64,000 bases of DNA, taken from contig JAUCBJ010008850.1 of assembly GCA_032718475.1 (NCBI GenBank), positions 1 through 64,000 on the forward strand, in the 5' to 3' direction. This document shows, in pieces, positions 22,901 to 31,868 of the stretch (within the stretch, counting starts at the first letter, position 1; each line of letters begins with the position of its first letter). Origin of the DNA: Nemertoderma westbladi (lineage: Eukaryota > Animalia > Xenacoelomorpha). Made by a program: the position numbers and the translations under genes. The notes beneath the pieces were generated by a model. That model made no database searches. It saw nothing but the letters and a program-made list of their open reading frames with translations, and was not told where the DNA came from.

Positions 22901-25744
22901 GGTTTTGGTGTGGCAGCGTACTTGCGCAGACAAGTAGAATCAGACGAGTTCGATGTTTCGCTCATTACTTCCAAGGCTAAGACCATGCCTACTAAGTATA
23001 TGACGACACCACGAGCCGAGCTACAAGCCGCGACCCTGTCAACCACCATCGTGAACCTCATACAGACAGAACTACAGTCGAGTTTACAGATATTTTATTG
23101 GACTGAGGCGACGTTGGTTTTATTTTACATAAACAACGACACACTCGAATTCAAGACATTCGTAGCTAACCGTCGCGCAGAGATTCTAGACCGTTCGATA
23201 AAAGAGGATTGGCGACATTGTCCAGGACCACAAAACCCAGCTGATATTGCGTCGCGAGGAATGATGCCTGAGGAATTCTGTAAACCGGAGAACAAAGGGT
23301 TTTGGCAACACGGACCCCAGTTCTTGCAGAAATCGACACAAGATTGGCCTCCGTTATACGACAACAAGTCCAACACCATTCCAAAGGACGCCGAAATCAA
23401 GAAACCAAAAAAGGGGAAGACAAAGAAAAGGACAACGGCGGCAAAACTCAAGAAAAAACCGAAGGCAAAATGGAAGGATATAACTTCAAAGGTCAAGAGA
23501 GGAAGACTTGCGAGCCTTTCTACACCAGACATATCGCCAGACGGTCAACCAGACATGTTACTAGACAGCCAACCAGACATTTTGCCAGACATATCACAAA
23601 ATGTTCCACCAGACGCTAGTAACACACTGACAAACAGTAAAGCCGCAGTTTCCCTATTGGAGCGGCCTTCTATTGACAAACAACCAGATACGTTACCAGA
23701 CGTATCGCCAGACACATTACTAGACAGTCGACTAGACATTTTGTCAGAAACATCACAAAATGTTCTACCGGACATTAGTAATGTATCGACTAACAATAAA
23801 GCCGCAGTTTCCCTATTGGAGCGGCCTTGTATTGACAAACTACCAATTTTGACACACTTGAGCAACCATAAGCACGGTGAAACCTCATGTATTACAGATG
23901 TGGGTAGTACCTACGCTAATGTAAATACAGGTGTTACTTTGCGCTCAAGAGACATACCGAACTTGCAACCTACGGTGAGACCTGGGATTAATGTCGGCAG
24001 GAAAATAAGTTTACCGAAACCTGCTGACCCCATAGAGTTCAAACCACCATTAACGATCGACTTACAAAGTACCGACAATCAAGGTAAGAAGACAAAGAAG
24101 GACAAATTACTTGTAGACCCCGACGGATCAACAGTCAACAAGGGAATACTTACCGGCGGACCCGTGGGCCCTTCTAGTAATTTAAAACCTTCCAAAATCT
24201 CCATTGACTTACCTGATGACGTCACAAATACTCATGTCGACCGTATTGTAAACTTAACAGATTCTTGGTCAAACGCTTGCCGAAAATTAGCGTGGATTGT
24301 ACGTTTTGTACAATACGTTAAAGGCAAACGTGACTTTACACGTCGACTTACATTGGCTGAGATTGACAGGTGTGAGATTAAATTAATTCGCCATTATCAA
24401 ATGCGATATTTCGCGCGCGAATTCACATCTATAAATCAAGGTCAACCAATCAAGTCGTCACCGATACTGAGTTGGAGTCCGATAATTTATAATGGCTTAA
24501 TTTGTCATAAATCTCGGCTTCAAAACATTGACTTTAATACGAATTTTAGATACCCAATAATAATACCGCAACACCACGAACTACAACGTGCAATGATACT
24601 GGACGCACATTTACATCTGAAACACGCTGGAAGACACCACTGTCTTTCCTACTTACGTACTAGATTTGTATTAATTAGACCCAGTAAAGCGTTAAGTTCA
24701 GTGACACGTACGTGTATTATTTGTAAAAAGGTACATTCTAGAATAGGTACCCAAGAAATGAGTGAACTACCACAAGCACGACTTCAAGCATTCAAACCAC
24801 CTTTTACAGAGACTGGAATTGATTGCTTTGGTCCCATACATACGAAACGTGGACGTATACTAGTAAAACGCTGGGGACTGATTTTCACATGTATGTCCAG
24901 TAGGGCAGTTCATATTGAACGTGTGATGGATCTTTCCACTAACGCGTTTATACTAGCACTGCGGCGATTTATCGCTAGACGCGGACTAGTGAAATGCTTG
25001 TACTCAGACCAAGGGACAAACTTTGTTGGTGCTCGGAATGAGATTGCTAGAGCCTTTAAGAAATTAGATCATGATCAAATCTCAAACGAACTGCAACCTC
25101 ACAAGATTGTTTGGAAGTTCAATCCTCCAGATAGTCCTTGGAGAGGCGGAGTCTGGGAGAGACTGATTAGATCTATAAAGACAGCAATGGCAAAGGTCAT
25201 TCCAGTAAACCACATATTAACAGACGACCAACTGACAACATTGTTTGTTGAAATCGAGGCAATACTAAATACTAGACCAATAGTATTAGTACCCGATGAC
25301 AAACAATCTCAGTTTGCTTTGACACCGGCACACCTGCTAATGCAGGCACCGACGACTTTGACACCGATTTCTATTCCAATAGAAAGCGACAGCTACGGTA
25401 GAAAAGCGTGGAAAATCACGCAACTACTGGCTAACAAATTCTGGGAAATATGGCAAAACCATTATTTGCCCTCTATTTCTGCCAGAACAACATGGTACAA
25501 TAACACCCGCGCATTAAAGCCGGGAGATCACGTGCTGTTGGCAGAAGTGAATCTAAAAAGACGCTTCTGGATAACAGGTGTAATTTTAGCCACACATCCA
25601 TCTATGGATGGAGTGACAAGAACTGTGACGGTACGAACAATTGACGGTCGTACAGTAGACAGACCGACTCAACGTCTCGTACTTCTTGAAGAAACTCGTA
25701 ACGAGTCTGGAGACTACAAATCTCCACCTAATACTAGTAAATAA
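16946..25744 (+). CDS. BEL/Pao Gag-Pol polyprotein (2932 aa)
   Basis: N-terminal coiled coil; DUF1759-like PPKFSGSSKHWHTF; three Gag Cys/His knuckles (~20263-20475); aspartic protease ILDSASSHSYV (Asp at 20780); RT YVDD (22340-22351); Pao RNase H HCFSDAS...PRAELQAA...NPADIASRG; integrase HHCC, GIDCFGP, SDQGTNF, GGVWERLI. Confidence 0.97.
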   Translation: MSDKQDYTKNTQTDYDSCDGDKSAAEEQQGKTREPTEPTPCASPVHPTGVPDAVVRGDGRTEDFLTVPQPRYRETEMVSSAGSTESVVRSVGGYMVHITRSIGEGQRILDGLTAPMSRFEFYTLQVRVQSKVYKSVDNLVGLQDLARQRQDMDTQLRILEKLMIAREKLIQFKSTIRQIQQEQADQLLGESVSDELLQPEEEQELYRLDGQLKHLTDHLRMCGEDVGDLETVPEYTRETSFAQIESAPGILNQSLVSIRSEICEGSMVTSEVARQQQQFYRQQHDMEEQAQLLMIQTAVEEEKIRVANVARISHLQEQAELEAAEMERLELDIAQQAAAAKLAQRTATAELERQTAAAELERQTAAAELERQTAAAELERQTEVAELERKRLVSEARVEMKTRQIKAQQAIRQAEFEAQQQQTEQREKEVKLRFELEKRARELAETKENLDLLARDRSMRSRDGHDLDQLEVRHRQIQERMKEGSVGAPGRERQLVKDLCQRFPQVTPMFAPVTTKEPVSIAGSSDISPIHGVTEHRFVIPDKFIPSRATSSPILRVKVSNPPITDRSSLLTGPALLTTKQVSPPLTPKPVTHYEYPMTFRPTRPVDSNAVIRPPVQFASQSTTSRKTCEPTEQRRPVDTRPLNQFTSQSTTSRKTCEPTEQRRPVDTRPLNQFTSQSTTSRKTCEPTEQRRSVDDVPKRNVKIRTTQRTRARRPPYPDDSSTSSESDYPKREVFRTGAADEYKRERSDNSFADNPPQNTPTPKALQPTDAISTQQFADILRPVVNKLAQIEERLEEGYTDSSRNSEFEHNRHPKAPQRPVPSNPTSYQGKAPRRENINQTTNQGRETLNVAEEIAKFAARQGLPVQQPPKFSGSSKHWHTFVDYIESQIAVCAFTSREKFNYLLQTLSGEPKRLAETFVGVPDAFELAYDRLTSIYGGTVSMARSVIEELCKGGAITKPVDLLKLADEIKNAITTLRSIGQLDYGNTPTVLLKIIGRLHHRLRREWRKVEYQREERGGFLKLEDVYLLISREAVVETRSNYTDQHIVAEGITLPSSNRQKPQTTSTKTATYATPTESRQFSDGNRVSAPIGTKQTRQQLSTDFNGCQYCEHLGKRYIGHKLRGCRQFRELNSEERRLQIRPLDSCWRCTRHGHVRKDCPNTDTCPSCGRNHDGLLHTDSHTPTKRFAREHPEAAARCDAAYRKRESKTTPTFVTHIEDCFSEQSGSSDEESEDDDEYSNGDEQPSIALLTTDQLKGFSVIPIKVTGTKGSKRIYAILDSASSHSYVDEKIADVVTDLRQGKHVSYTVSSMHGQRAIPVTRVKLDLDSLLPKSQHSERERSLLPFRDLTFAATKDFSNLLGPVPEQSLEDRKYFRHLGVPECPVNYRSVAMLIGTDQFNLHQVWETRPSAVVAGNAYACRTPIGWYTRAPVRTLDVSDEEDDVQSTCSLLTTNSIHSFSHDVNHTTLQSTKHDRRVTSMISHKEQLIHKVSLELGEKMSQLEIPSTTDDRLASLPTPITSTVPVDIDDDALKIHQLEQADLDKELTEKTIRWFEQDTAEPGSYEPCMSEQEKQSLKIMEDTIRQTEDGHYEVGMLWRSQSPKLINNYPLALRRLHSIRQRLLKDEKAHLQYNTQMETYLTEGYAIRMTNPERVTDQTYYLPHHYVRHPDKPDKVRVVNDCAALFEGMSLNSELMDGPNMNNYLMGVIMRFRQRQVAFTCDVEAMFHQVKALERDKDSLRFLWYPEGDLSLPPATYQMQVRVFGARDSPNCTMYALKQAARDQKHLYDPEIIRIVERDFYVDDGLQSCDTVERATTVAHQLRDCLAGGGFNLTKFASNSAELVDSFGTTERGGGDIDLEFEPLPTTKVLGLFWDPNTDNFRVKVRLDSQGNTLTKRSCLSKLSRLFDPLGFISPVILQARIYMRSIWKDGLTWDEPISSDQVDLWKTWEAELSSLEDYFIPRVYFPLQSTFPDNLELHCFSDASDNGFGVAAYLRRQVESDEFDVSLITSKAKTMPTKYMTTPRAELQAATLSTTIVNLIQTELQSSLQIFYWTEATLVLFYINNDTLEFKTFVANRRAEILDRSIKEDWRHCPGPQNPADIASRGMMPEEFCKPENKGFWQHGPQFLQKSTQDWPPLYDNKSNTIPKDAEIKKPKKGKTKKRTTAAKLKKKPKAKWKDITSKVKRGRLASLSTPDISPDGQPDMLLDSQPDILPDISQNVPPDASNTLTNSKAAVSLLERPSIDKQPDTLPDVSPDTLLDSRLDILSETSQNVLPDISNVSTNNKAAVSLLERPCIDKLPILTHLSNHKHGETSCITDVGSTYANVNTGVTLRSRDIPNLQPTVRPGINVGRKISLPKPADPIEFKPPLTIDLQSTDNQGKKTKKDKLLVDPDGSTVNKGILTGGPVGPSSNLKPSKISIDLPDDVTNTHVDRIVNLTDSWSNACRKLAWIVRFVQYVKGKRDFTRRLTLAEIDRCEIKLIRHYQMRYFAREFTSINQGQPIKSSPILSWSPIIYNGLICHKSRLQNIDFNTNFRYPIIIPQHHELQRAMILDAHLHLKHAGRHHCLSYLRTRFVLIRPSKALSSVTRTCIICKKVHSRIGTQEMSELPQARLQAFKPPFTETGIDCFGPIHTKRGRILVKRWGLIFTCMSSRAVHIERVMDLSTNAFILALRRFIARRGLVKCLYSDQGTNFVGARNEIARAFKKLDHDQISNELQPHKIVWKFNPPDSPWRGGVWERLIRSIKTAMAKVIPVNHILTDDQLTTLFVEIEAILNTRPIVLVPDDKQSQFALTPAHLLMQAPTTLTPISIPIESDSYGRKAWKITQLLANKFWEIWQNHYLPSISARTTWYNNTRALKPGDHVLLAEVNLKRRFWITGVILATHPSMDGVTRTVTVRTIDGRTVDRPTQRLVLLEETRNESGDYKSPPNTSK

Positions 25745-26405
25745 TTAGGAGTTTGTTTACAAATAGATTTCCACGTACCTGTACACCGTAGTAAGGACAG
25801 CGGTAGAATTCCATTGTCTTTATATGTGAACATTGAGGGTAGTACCCTTATGTGTCACATAGGAGCGGGATTTGTAGGTATAAGAAATGGAATTCTACTT
25901 GGAACTCACAATATTGAGACATTTTCGAAATTTTAGACAATCCATTTGGATTTGAAAAATTTTAAAATTTTCTCCAGTGAATAGATTTCAGGGTACAGTC
26001 GGGTGGAACTTAAAATTAGAGAAACAAGAGAGGAAGACTTGCGAGCCTTTCTTAAAATTTTAATTAAATTTTACACGGTCTTGTTTCAATAAGTTACGTC
26101 AAATAGACTCCCCTATATTTATTACTAATTCTTGATTGCTTATTTTCTGATAATAGTTTGGGATCAAAAGGTGAGTATTTTAGACTCACGGCCAGTTTAG
26201 CCCAAATTCGTTTTTACTTCGGCAAAAATTTTAGATAAGAAGCAGCGTGTCATTAAAGAAACCTTAGATCTTAGGCTATGGGTAGGAGGTTAGAGCGTTG
26301 TCGAAGCCCAAAAGGCAGACGAAACTCTCACGTCTCCTCACAACTAACCACAAACTCTGTTGTATTCCCTCTAGTAGTAATGATTATGTAACTACACCTC
26401 TAATT

Positions 26406-26741
26406 ATGGAGAAAGGGATACAAGGAGAGCCGAGATGGGGATATGATATCCAAGAGGAGGCAGCAGCGCCATTCAAAAGATTTGGAGCCAAGGACTACAC
26501 TATATTTGGTATAAAGGAATTATCAGAAAGTACAGCGAAGCTCGCAAAGACAGCAATGCCTTTACTCGAGCAGGATTTAGCATATTTCGAGACGTGTATC
26601 TTCGCTGTGCGGGATCTCTTATCGAAAGACCATCTATGTTTACATTGTTACCCTATGAAGGAGAACGTATCGTGGAGATTACGGATGAATCACGGCAGAC
26701 GCGCGCGCCTATCGGTCACCTTGGTGATGAATTCGAAGTAA
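26406..26741 (+). CDS. Short ORF overlapping the accessory ORF (possible N-terminal segment joined by a frameshift)
   Basis: First ATG at 26406 (MEKGIQGEPRWG...). Overlaps the 26447-28108 open frame, which is -1 relative to it. No recognisable domain. Confidence 0.3.
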   Translation: MEKGIQGEPRWGYDIQEEAAAPFKRFGAKDYTIFGIKELSESTAKLAKTAMPLLEQDLAYFETCIFAVRDLLSKDHLCLHCYPMKENVSWRLRMNHGRRARLSVTLVMNSK

Positions 26742-28108
26742 CTACTACGATCACCGACGATCCTTTAGAGGAACTTCTTGAGATAGAAAGGAACCTCCCG
26801 AAGAAATCTCAGACGGAGATTCGACAACTTGAAGCAACGGATGCTATAGTTTGTATACAACCTTCAGAAACCTACCAACCCATAGACCCAGATGATTACG
26901 ATTATAGTATGGGAGGAAGCGCTCGACCGATTGGAGATCTTATATACGAACGAGTGTGGTACCCTGCCAATACGATGTGTAGTAAATGTGGCGTCGCTGG
27001 ACATCATATGGCAAAGTGCAGTGGAAAGCACATTACTACGACTCAGCTAATCTGTGGATGGTGTGGGGATCAAGGGTCTCATACCTTTTATACTTGCTGG
27101 AGATTTATGGCTCAATGTACTTACTGCAATATAAAGGGACATCGAGCATCTGAATGCCAACTGAGAGACATACCTTATGAACACGAATCTGTTAAACTCG
27201 TGAGGAAATTATTTGATGAGTGGGAAGATTTGGCCGACGAACATGTATCGGCACAGAGAAGACGGTTTCCGATGAGAGCGCATCTCGGATTTTGGGCGGT
27301 AAATCCCCAGACGATGATGTCGGAAGGATATATCTCCGCTATGCCCCAATATGACGAACTTATCGAGGTTGTCGATATTTTACCCCACGACAGCGGATTC
27401 CGAGTGGTGCGCGAGTATCTGTTACAAATTCACCCGGATAACAAAAACACGTGGAATTTTCAGAAAGTCGTTAATCGGATTACGTATGGTGAATTCGATC
27501 GTTTCCGAACTGAAAAGCGGAACAAGGGAGCTTGGTTAACCGTCGCATGGGCGTACCGAGCCGCGTTTTACCACAAACGTATACGAGCGAGCGTATTCGA
27601 GGAAGAAGAGGTCCTAGAGGCGACGAATATACCAGCCACTCCGGTTGCGCCGTCTGCACGTCACCCTCGGGAGGACGGACAGGGTAGGATCATACGGGTC
27701 CAGAAGGTGGGCCAACATTTGAAGAAAATTATTAATGTAGAAGAACGCAAGGGAGTTGAGCCGACCATTCGAGTTACTCGGGATACGGTATCACTTCCAA
27801 GAGAACCAGTAGGAGGATCGGGACATACACCAGCTGATCAACAGGGGGCGCAAGCTACTCTTGGGTCTGCGTCGTCCGCTTCTCACGCGTTCCCAGACGT
27901 TCTACCAACTGTAGTGACAACTGATCGGTCACGAGGAATCGGTCGAGGTTTTGGGATGCCAAATAGACGAATTTGCGAGGAAATAGTCGCACCGTCTCTC
28001 AACGTCCCAAGTAAACCAGTGACTCGCCCCACAAGTCCCATATCGCGAGCAAAGTCACCTGTGCGCAGTTTTCGAGGACGCGGCAGGGCTCGATCTACTA
28101 AGCGATAA
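26594..28108 (+). CDS. Accessory retrotransposon ORF: triple CCHC zinc-knuckle protein with basic RS/RG tail
   Basis: CSKCGVAGHHMAKC, CGWCGDQGSHTFYTC and CTYCNIKGHRASEC (26978-27157); C-terminus SRAKSPVRSFRGRGRARSTKR. Frame is open from 26447; true start uncertain. Confidence 0.8.
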   Translation: MYLRCAGSLIERPSMFTLLPYEGERIVEITDESRQTRAPIGHLGDEFEVTTTITDDPLEELLEIERNLPKKSQTEIRQLEATDAIVCIQPSETYQPIDPDDYDYSMGGSARPIGDLIYERVWYPANTMCSKCGVAGHHMAKCSGKHITTTQLICGWCGDQGSHTFYTCWRFMAQCTYCNIKGHRASECQLRDIPYEHESVKLVRKLFDEWEDLADEHVSAQRRRFPMRAHLGFWAVNPQTMMSEGYISAMPQYDELIEVVDILPHDSGFRVVREYLLQIHPDNKNTWNFQKVVNRITYGEFDRFRTEKRNKGAWLTVAWAYRAAFYHKRIRASVFEEEEVLEATNIPATPVAPSARHPREDGQGRIIRVQKVGQHLKKIINVEERKGVEPTIRVTRDTVSLPREPVGGSGHTPADQQGAQATLGSASSASHAFPDVLPTVVTTDRSRGIGRGFGMPNRRICEEIVAPSLNVPSKPVTRPTSPISRAKSPVRSFRGRGRARSTKR

Positions 28109-28189
28109 AAGGGAGGGCAAGGGTGGACGGAAGACTCGTGGGCCTTTCTTATGATTTGTGATTTATTTTGAATTATATGTTTTATATTT

Positions 28190-28500
28190 AGAAAATTTAG
28201 TAAAACTTATATTTTATATTTGTGCTTATTCCGAACTTATGCAATTTGTATTGTTCCGAATTTATGAAATTTAGAAATAAGAATTTATATTTTGTAAAAC
28301 TTATATTTAGTAAAACTTATATTTTATATTTGTGATTATTCCGAACTTATGCAATTTATATTGTTCCGAATATTATGCAATTTATATTTTATAAGCAGTA
28401 TTTGTATTTACAGTGAAATAGAAAGTTTTATAGATAGAAAAATTTGTGCTCAGAAAGACTCATATTTGTAATTATTCCAAACTTATGCAATCTACATTTA
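28190..28500. repeat. AT-rich imperfect tandem repeats in the element's 3' untranslated region
   Basis: TTTAGTAAAACTTATATTTTATATTTGTG..TTATTCCGAACTTATGCAATTT recurs at ~28196 and ~28306, with further partial copies. Confidence 0.7.
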
Positions 28501-28876
28501 GGTACGAAAGTATTTGTAATTACTTGAATTTATGCAAATATTTGAGATGCAATAGTAGATGGAAGACTCGCGAGCCTTTCTTATTGTTTTAATTTGTTTG
28601 TGTTTGTAATTGTTTAAATTTATGCAATATTGAGATGCAATAGATTTATATTGGTGAATTTAATTTAGATTTATATTGTACTTACTTAGTAAAGCCTTAA
28701 ATACGTAAAGTTTGAATTTGTAATTATTTTTGTATCGAATCATTACGTAGAAAGGAAGTATTGTATGAAATTTAATTGTAAATATGTAAGTACGCCCTAA
28801 GTATTCTATAGTTTAATTGATTATTGGTGAAAACCGTATATTTTATGCACGATAATATCCTGTTTTCATGGAGCGG

Positions 28877-30797
28877 TATAGAATTATATTCCCTAAATGC
28901 CGTGGATTTTCAAAATTTTATTTTATTCGGATTAACTTTTGTAAAGATTGCTTTGAGTTCTCATTAGTATTGGTTCTATCTATTGTACATCTATCGGTCA
29001 AGTGGTTCAGTAGCTCAGTTGGTAGAGCGTTGGAAATTATATGTGTAGTAGGTATCGAGTTCGAATCCTAGTAAGTGCGAATTATTTTTTGTACAGAATT
29101 TCAACTCGTTTAAATTAACCGCTACAAATTAATTGCATTTGTCTGTACCAATGAGACTGTAGTTATTTGATTGTAACCAATGTCGTGCAAGTTATATATT
29201 AGCTGGACCAATAGCTATCTTTAAAACCTTGTTAGAACCCATAGAACAATCGAGAATTTTCTCGATTGATTGCGGCACAAATTTGCTATAAAAGGGTGCG
29301 ATTTGTTCATTAGTTATTATTCTATATTACTCTCTCAGTTATTCAGTTATCTGATATTTGTTTATTCTGTGATTAGTTTTCAGATTACATCGTATTATAA
29401 TTATATCTTCTGTAATAAAGTCAGAATATTCTCTCAGCTTTTCTATCTGTTTTACTATGAATTCACTACGGTGAACAAACTCAGGGACAGGATGGCCGGC
29501 TAGAGATCGGGCCGCAGCAATGAACGGGAACATCACGGGAATGTAGACGAGAGACAACCCGCAATACCATTTAGAGTTATTCGCCCATCGCCTGAAAGGT
29601 TAGACAGCGTTCGATCCTTGCTACCTAAGTGTAAGACCAAAAGATCAAAAGGTAGACGTAGTGACACGCTGTAAGCCCAAAATTACATCATAGGGACTGT
29701 ACTGTCTTGATTCAGGAAAAACCCACAGTAGACCTTCACATTCCTACGGGGGGAGAGAGAGCGCAGGCAGATACTAGTACGCAGATAGGACGTAGGCACA
29801 CCGGTACAAGGCATACACATTGGTTAGGGTGCAGCAAACTGTACGCTTAACTCTTGCTAAGTACAGGTGTGTGTGCGACTATTTGCAGTACGTCAGTGTC
29901 CATTGCATTAGAACTTGTAGGCTAGGGGGGTTGCTGTGTTTTCACCTGAATTGGGATTGTACCGTTCGGGCGGTAGGGCAGTTTACACTAGGCGCAAATA
30001 AATTGAGGCTATCAGGGATATACTAACATCTACCGTGTCCCCGCCAACGCCCTAATAGGAAGTTACCCGGACTACCTGGGTGACTAAAATTCTAGATAGG
30101 AGCCAGGATAGCTATTAGTACCCGTACGCCTACAGTAGTAAACTAACACATCTCTTCTTAGTATCAGGGACCTGGTACCTAAAATTGCCGAATTCTGGGC
30201 GTAGTATTAACCTTATGCCTGAATTTGAGTCCTGGAAATACGCAAGAGGGGAAGGAACCTTATCATTCGTGAGTATTGGACCTACAAGTTATAAAATTGG
30301 AATATTCGTAAATGCACACCGTACCCAGTAATTATATATGTGAAGGAGCAAAACTGTTTTGACCGTTCAGAATTAACACACGCGCGTTAGAAATTATTTA
30401 CACCTCGAAATATATAAAATTAACTTTGTCCGTACTGTGCTTTGCCCGCTAGTTAGACATCTCCAAATCTCTGCCTGTACCTAGCTAGCGTCTCTTTGCC
30501 CAACCATATAAATCACACCGCGGCAAAGTATACGAGCCCCTTAGTCCGTCAGTGAGTCAGCCTGATTTTAGGATTCGCTGCGCGGGATTTTGTTTTATCG
30601 AAGTTTGTCTGCTCGTAGACTGTTTTCTGCCTCACCGGTTATAAGAGATCGATACTGCAATATATTCGCTTACTTAGAGTTTACTGTTTTGGTGAGAAGG
30701 TCGGATTTATGATTTGATTTACAAACTTTACAGTAGGATATTGCAGGTATTGTTACCGTCTTTTCGTATAGTAGGAATAGGCGTATCTCTTCCAATA
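28877..30797 (+). repeat. 3' LTR of the BEL/Pao element (1921 bp)
   Basis: Direct copy of 14216-16136. Preceded by a short purine-rich GGAGCGG (28870-28876, candidate PPT) and followed by TSD ACAGG. Confidence 0.95.
29004..29090 (+). ncRNA. tRNA-like Pol III cassette inside the 3' LTR
   Basis: Copy of 14343-14429. Confidence 0.6.
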
Positions 30798-31338
30798 ACA
30801 GGTGTTGTACTTTATTTAAGTTGGTGTAATATCATTACACGATTATTTTCTCCTGAATATCAGTTAACAATTTTTACCAAAAACAACCCGGTGATGACTA
30901 GCTTGACATGTGCACATATCGCCCCGACTCTAGAACTCTAGCTTCCTACTGTATGTTTAACGCAGACTCCGGATAAGGAATGTTGATTACAAAGTTATCA
31001 GGCCTGTCATTAATTATTTAGGAGGTCATCTCATAAGCCTGAATATCTTATAAACAAAAAAAAATATAATAATCTCAAATTGCCGCAATGTGAAGGTAAT
31101 CCAATATTTTCACGATTTTCCAAATTGGTTCAACGCATTACAGAACGCTGTTTCCAAAATTACTGATTACAGGTACTTTTTAAATTAGTTTTACTATTAT
31201 AAAGATTACTTTAATGGGGAGTTGGTGCACAAAGGTAAATTACGATAAACAAAGTATCTTACAGTATAAAACCTCCTTCGGTTTCTAATGAATACAGAAA
31301 CTTCCTCTGTTGAGACGAGTTATAAAGTCAACACATTA

Positions 31339-31467
31339 TTATTCTTTGTCCCTGGCGTGATTTCTCTTAGCTTTAGCCAATATACTGGGACATTCTTCCA
31401 TGCAGGCCAATGTGAGATAGTCAATATAGGATTCCAAGTCCTTTTTAACATTGCTTAGTTCTACAAT
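31339..31467 (-). CDS. RAB11FIP: Rab11 family-interacting protein (class I-like), last coding exon, FIP Rab-binding domain
   Basis: Acceptor TTATTTTTCGCAG, phase 0. Encodes IVELSNVKKDLESYIDYLTLACMEECPSIL...KE*, matching the FIP-RBD pattern LExYIDxLxxxxMEExPSIL. Confidence 0.88.
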   Translation of the reverse strand: MVELSNVKKDLESYIDYLTLACMEECPSILAKAKRNHARDKE

Positions 31468-31868
31468 CTGCGAAAAATAAATGCTATTTAATAAAAAATA
31501 TGTTATCAATTAATAGAAAAAAGCTGTTTTTTTTTTCACTACTGTACATAATTTTATTTGACCGAAAATATAAAAAGATGAAAAAAAGAATATAAAAATA
31601 TTTTATTCTGTCTGCTTTAATTAACTTTTTTAATTAAGTACAACTTGTTTTACATCAATGCTCTTTCTATTCATATAATACTATCTGAGAAATTCGACCA
31701 AAAATATTCAGTTTTTATTTTTATAAAATAATTTTCACTACAATTATGCATTTGTTCTCATAAGCAATTATTCCTCATGACGTTATAAATTAAGAATCAA
31801 ACTACAGGTTAGGCCTACATACTGTACTGTATATTCGTTGCCAAGTAGGCCTACAGTACTACACTGAC

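Larger units (their letters stand above)
14216..30797 (+). mobile_element. Full-length BEL/Pao (Belpaoviridae) LTR retrotransposon, very recent insertion
   Basis: Two 1921-bp direct repeats at offset 14661; 5-bp TSD ACAGG (14211-14215, 30798-30802); single Gag-PR-RT-RH-IN ORF with BEL-type motifs. Confidence 0.97.

Noticed and set aside
16987-25302. Antisense and alternative-frame ORFs within gag-pol
   Set aside because: Shadow ORFs of a long coding region with no independent motifs.
14208-30800. Canonical TG...CA boundaries for the BEL element
   Set aside because: The flanks (CTTAA/GGTGT) are not a duplication, and the extra bases are not shared by the two LTRs.
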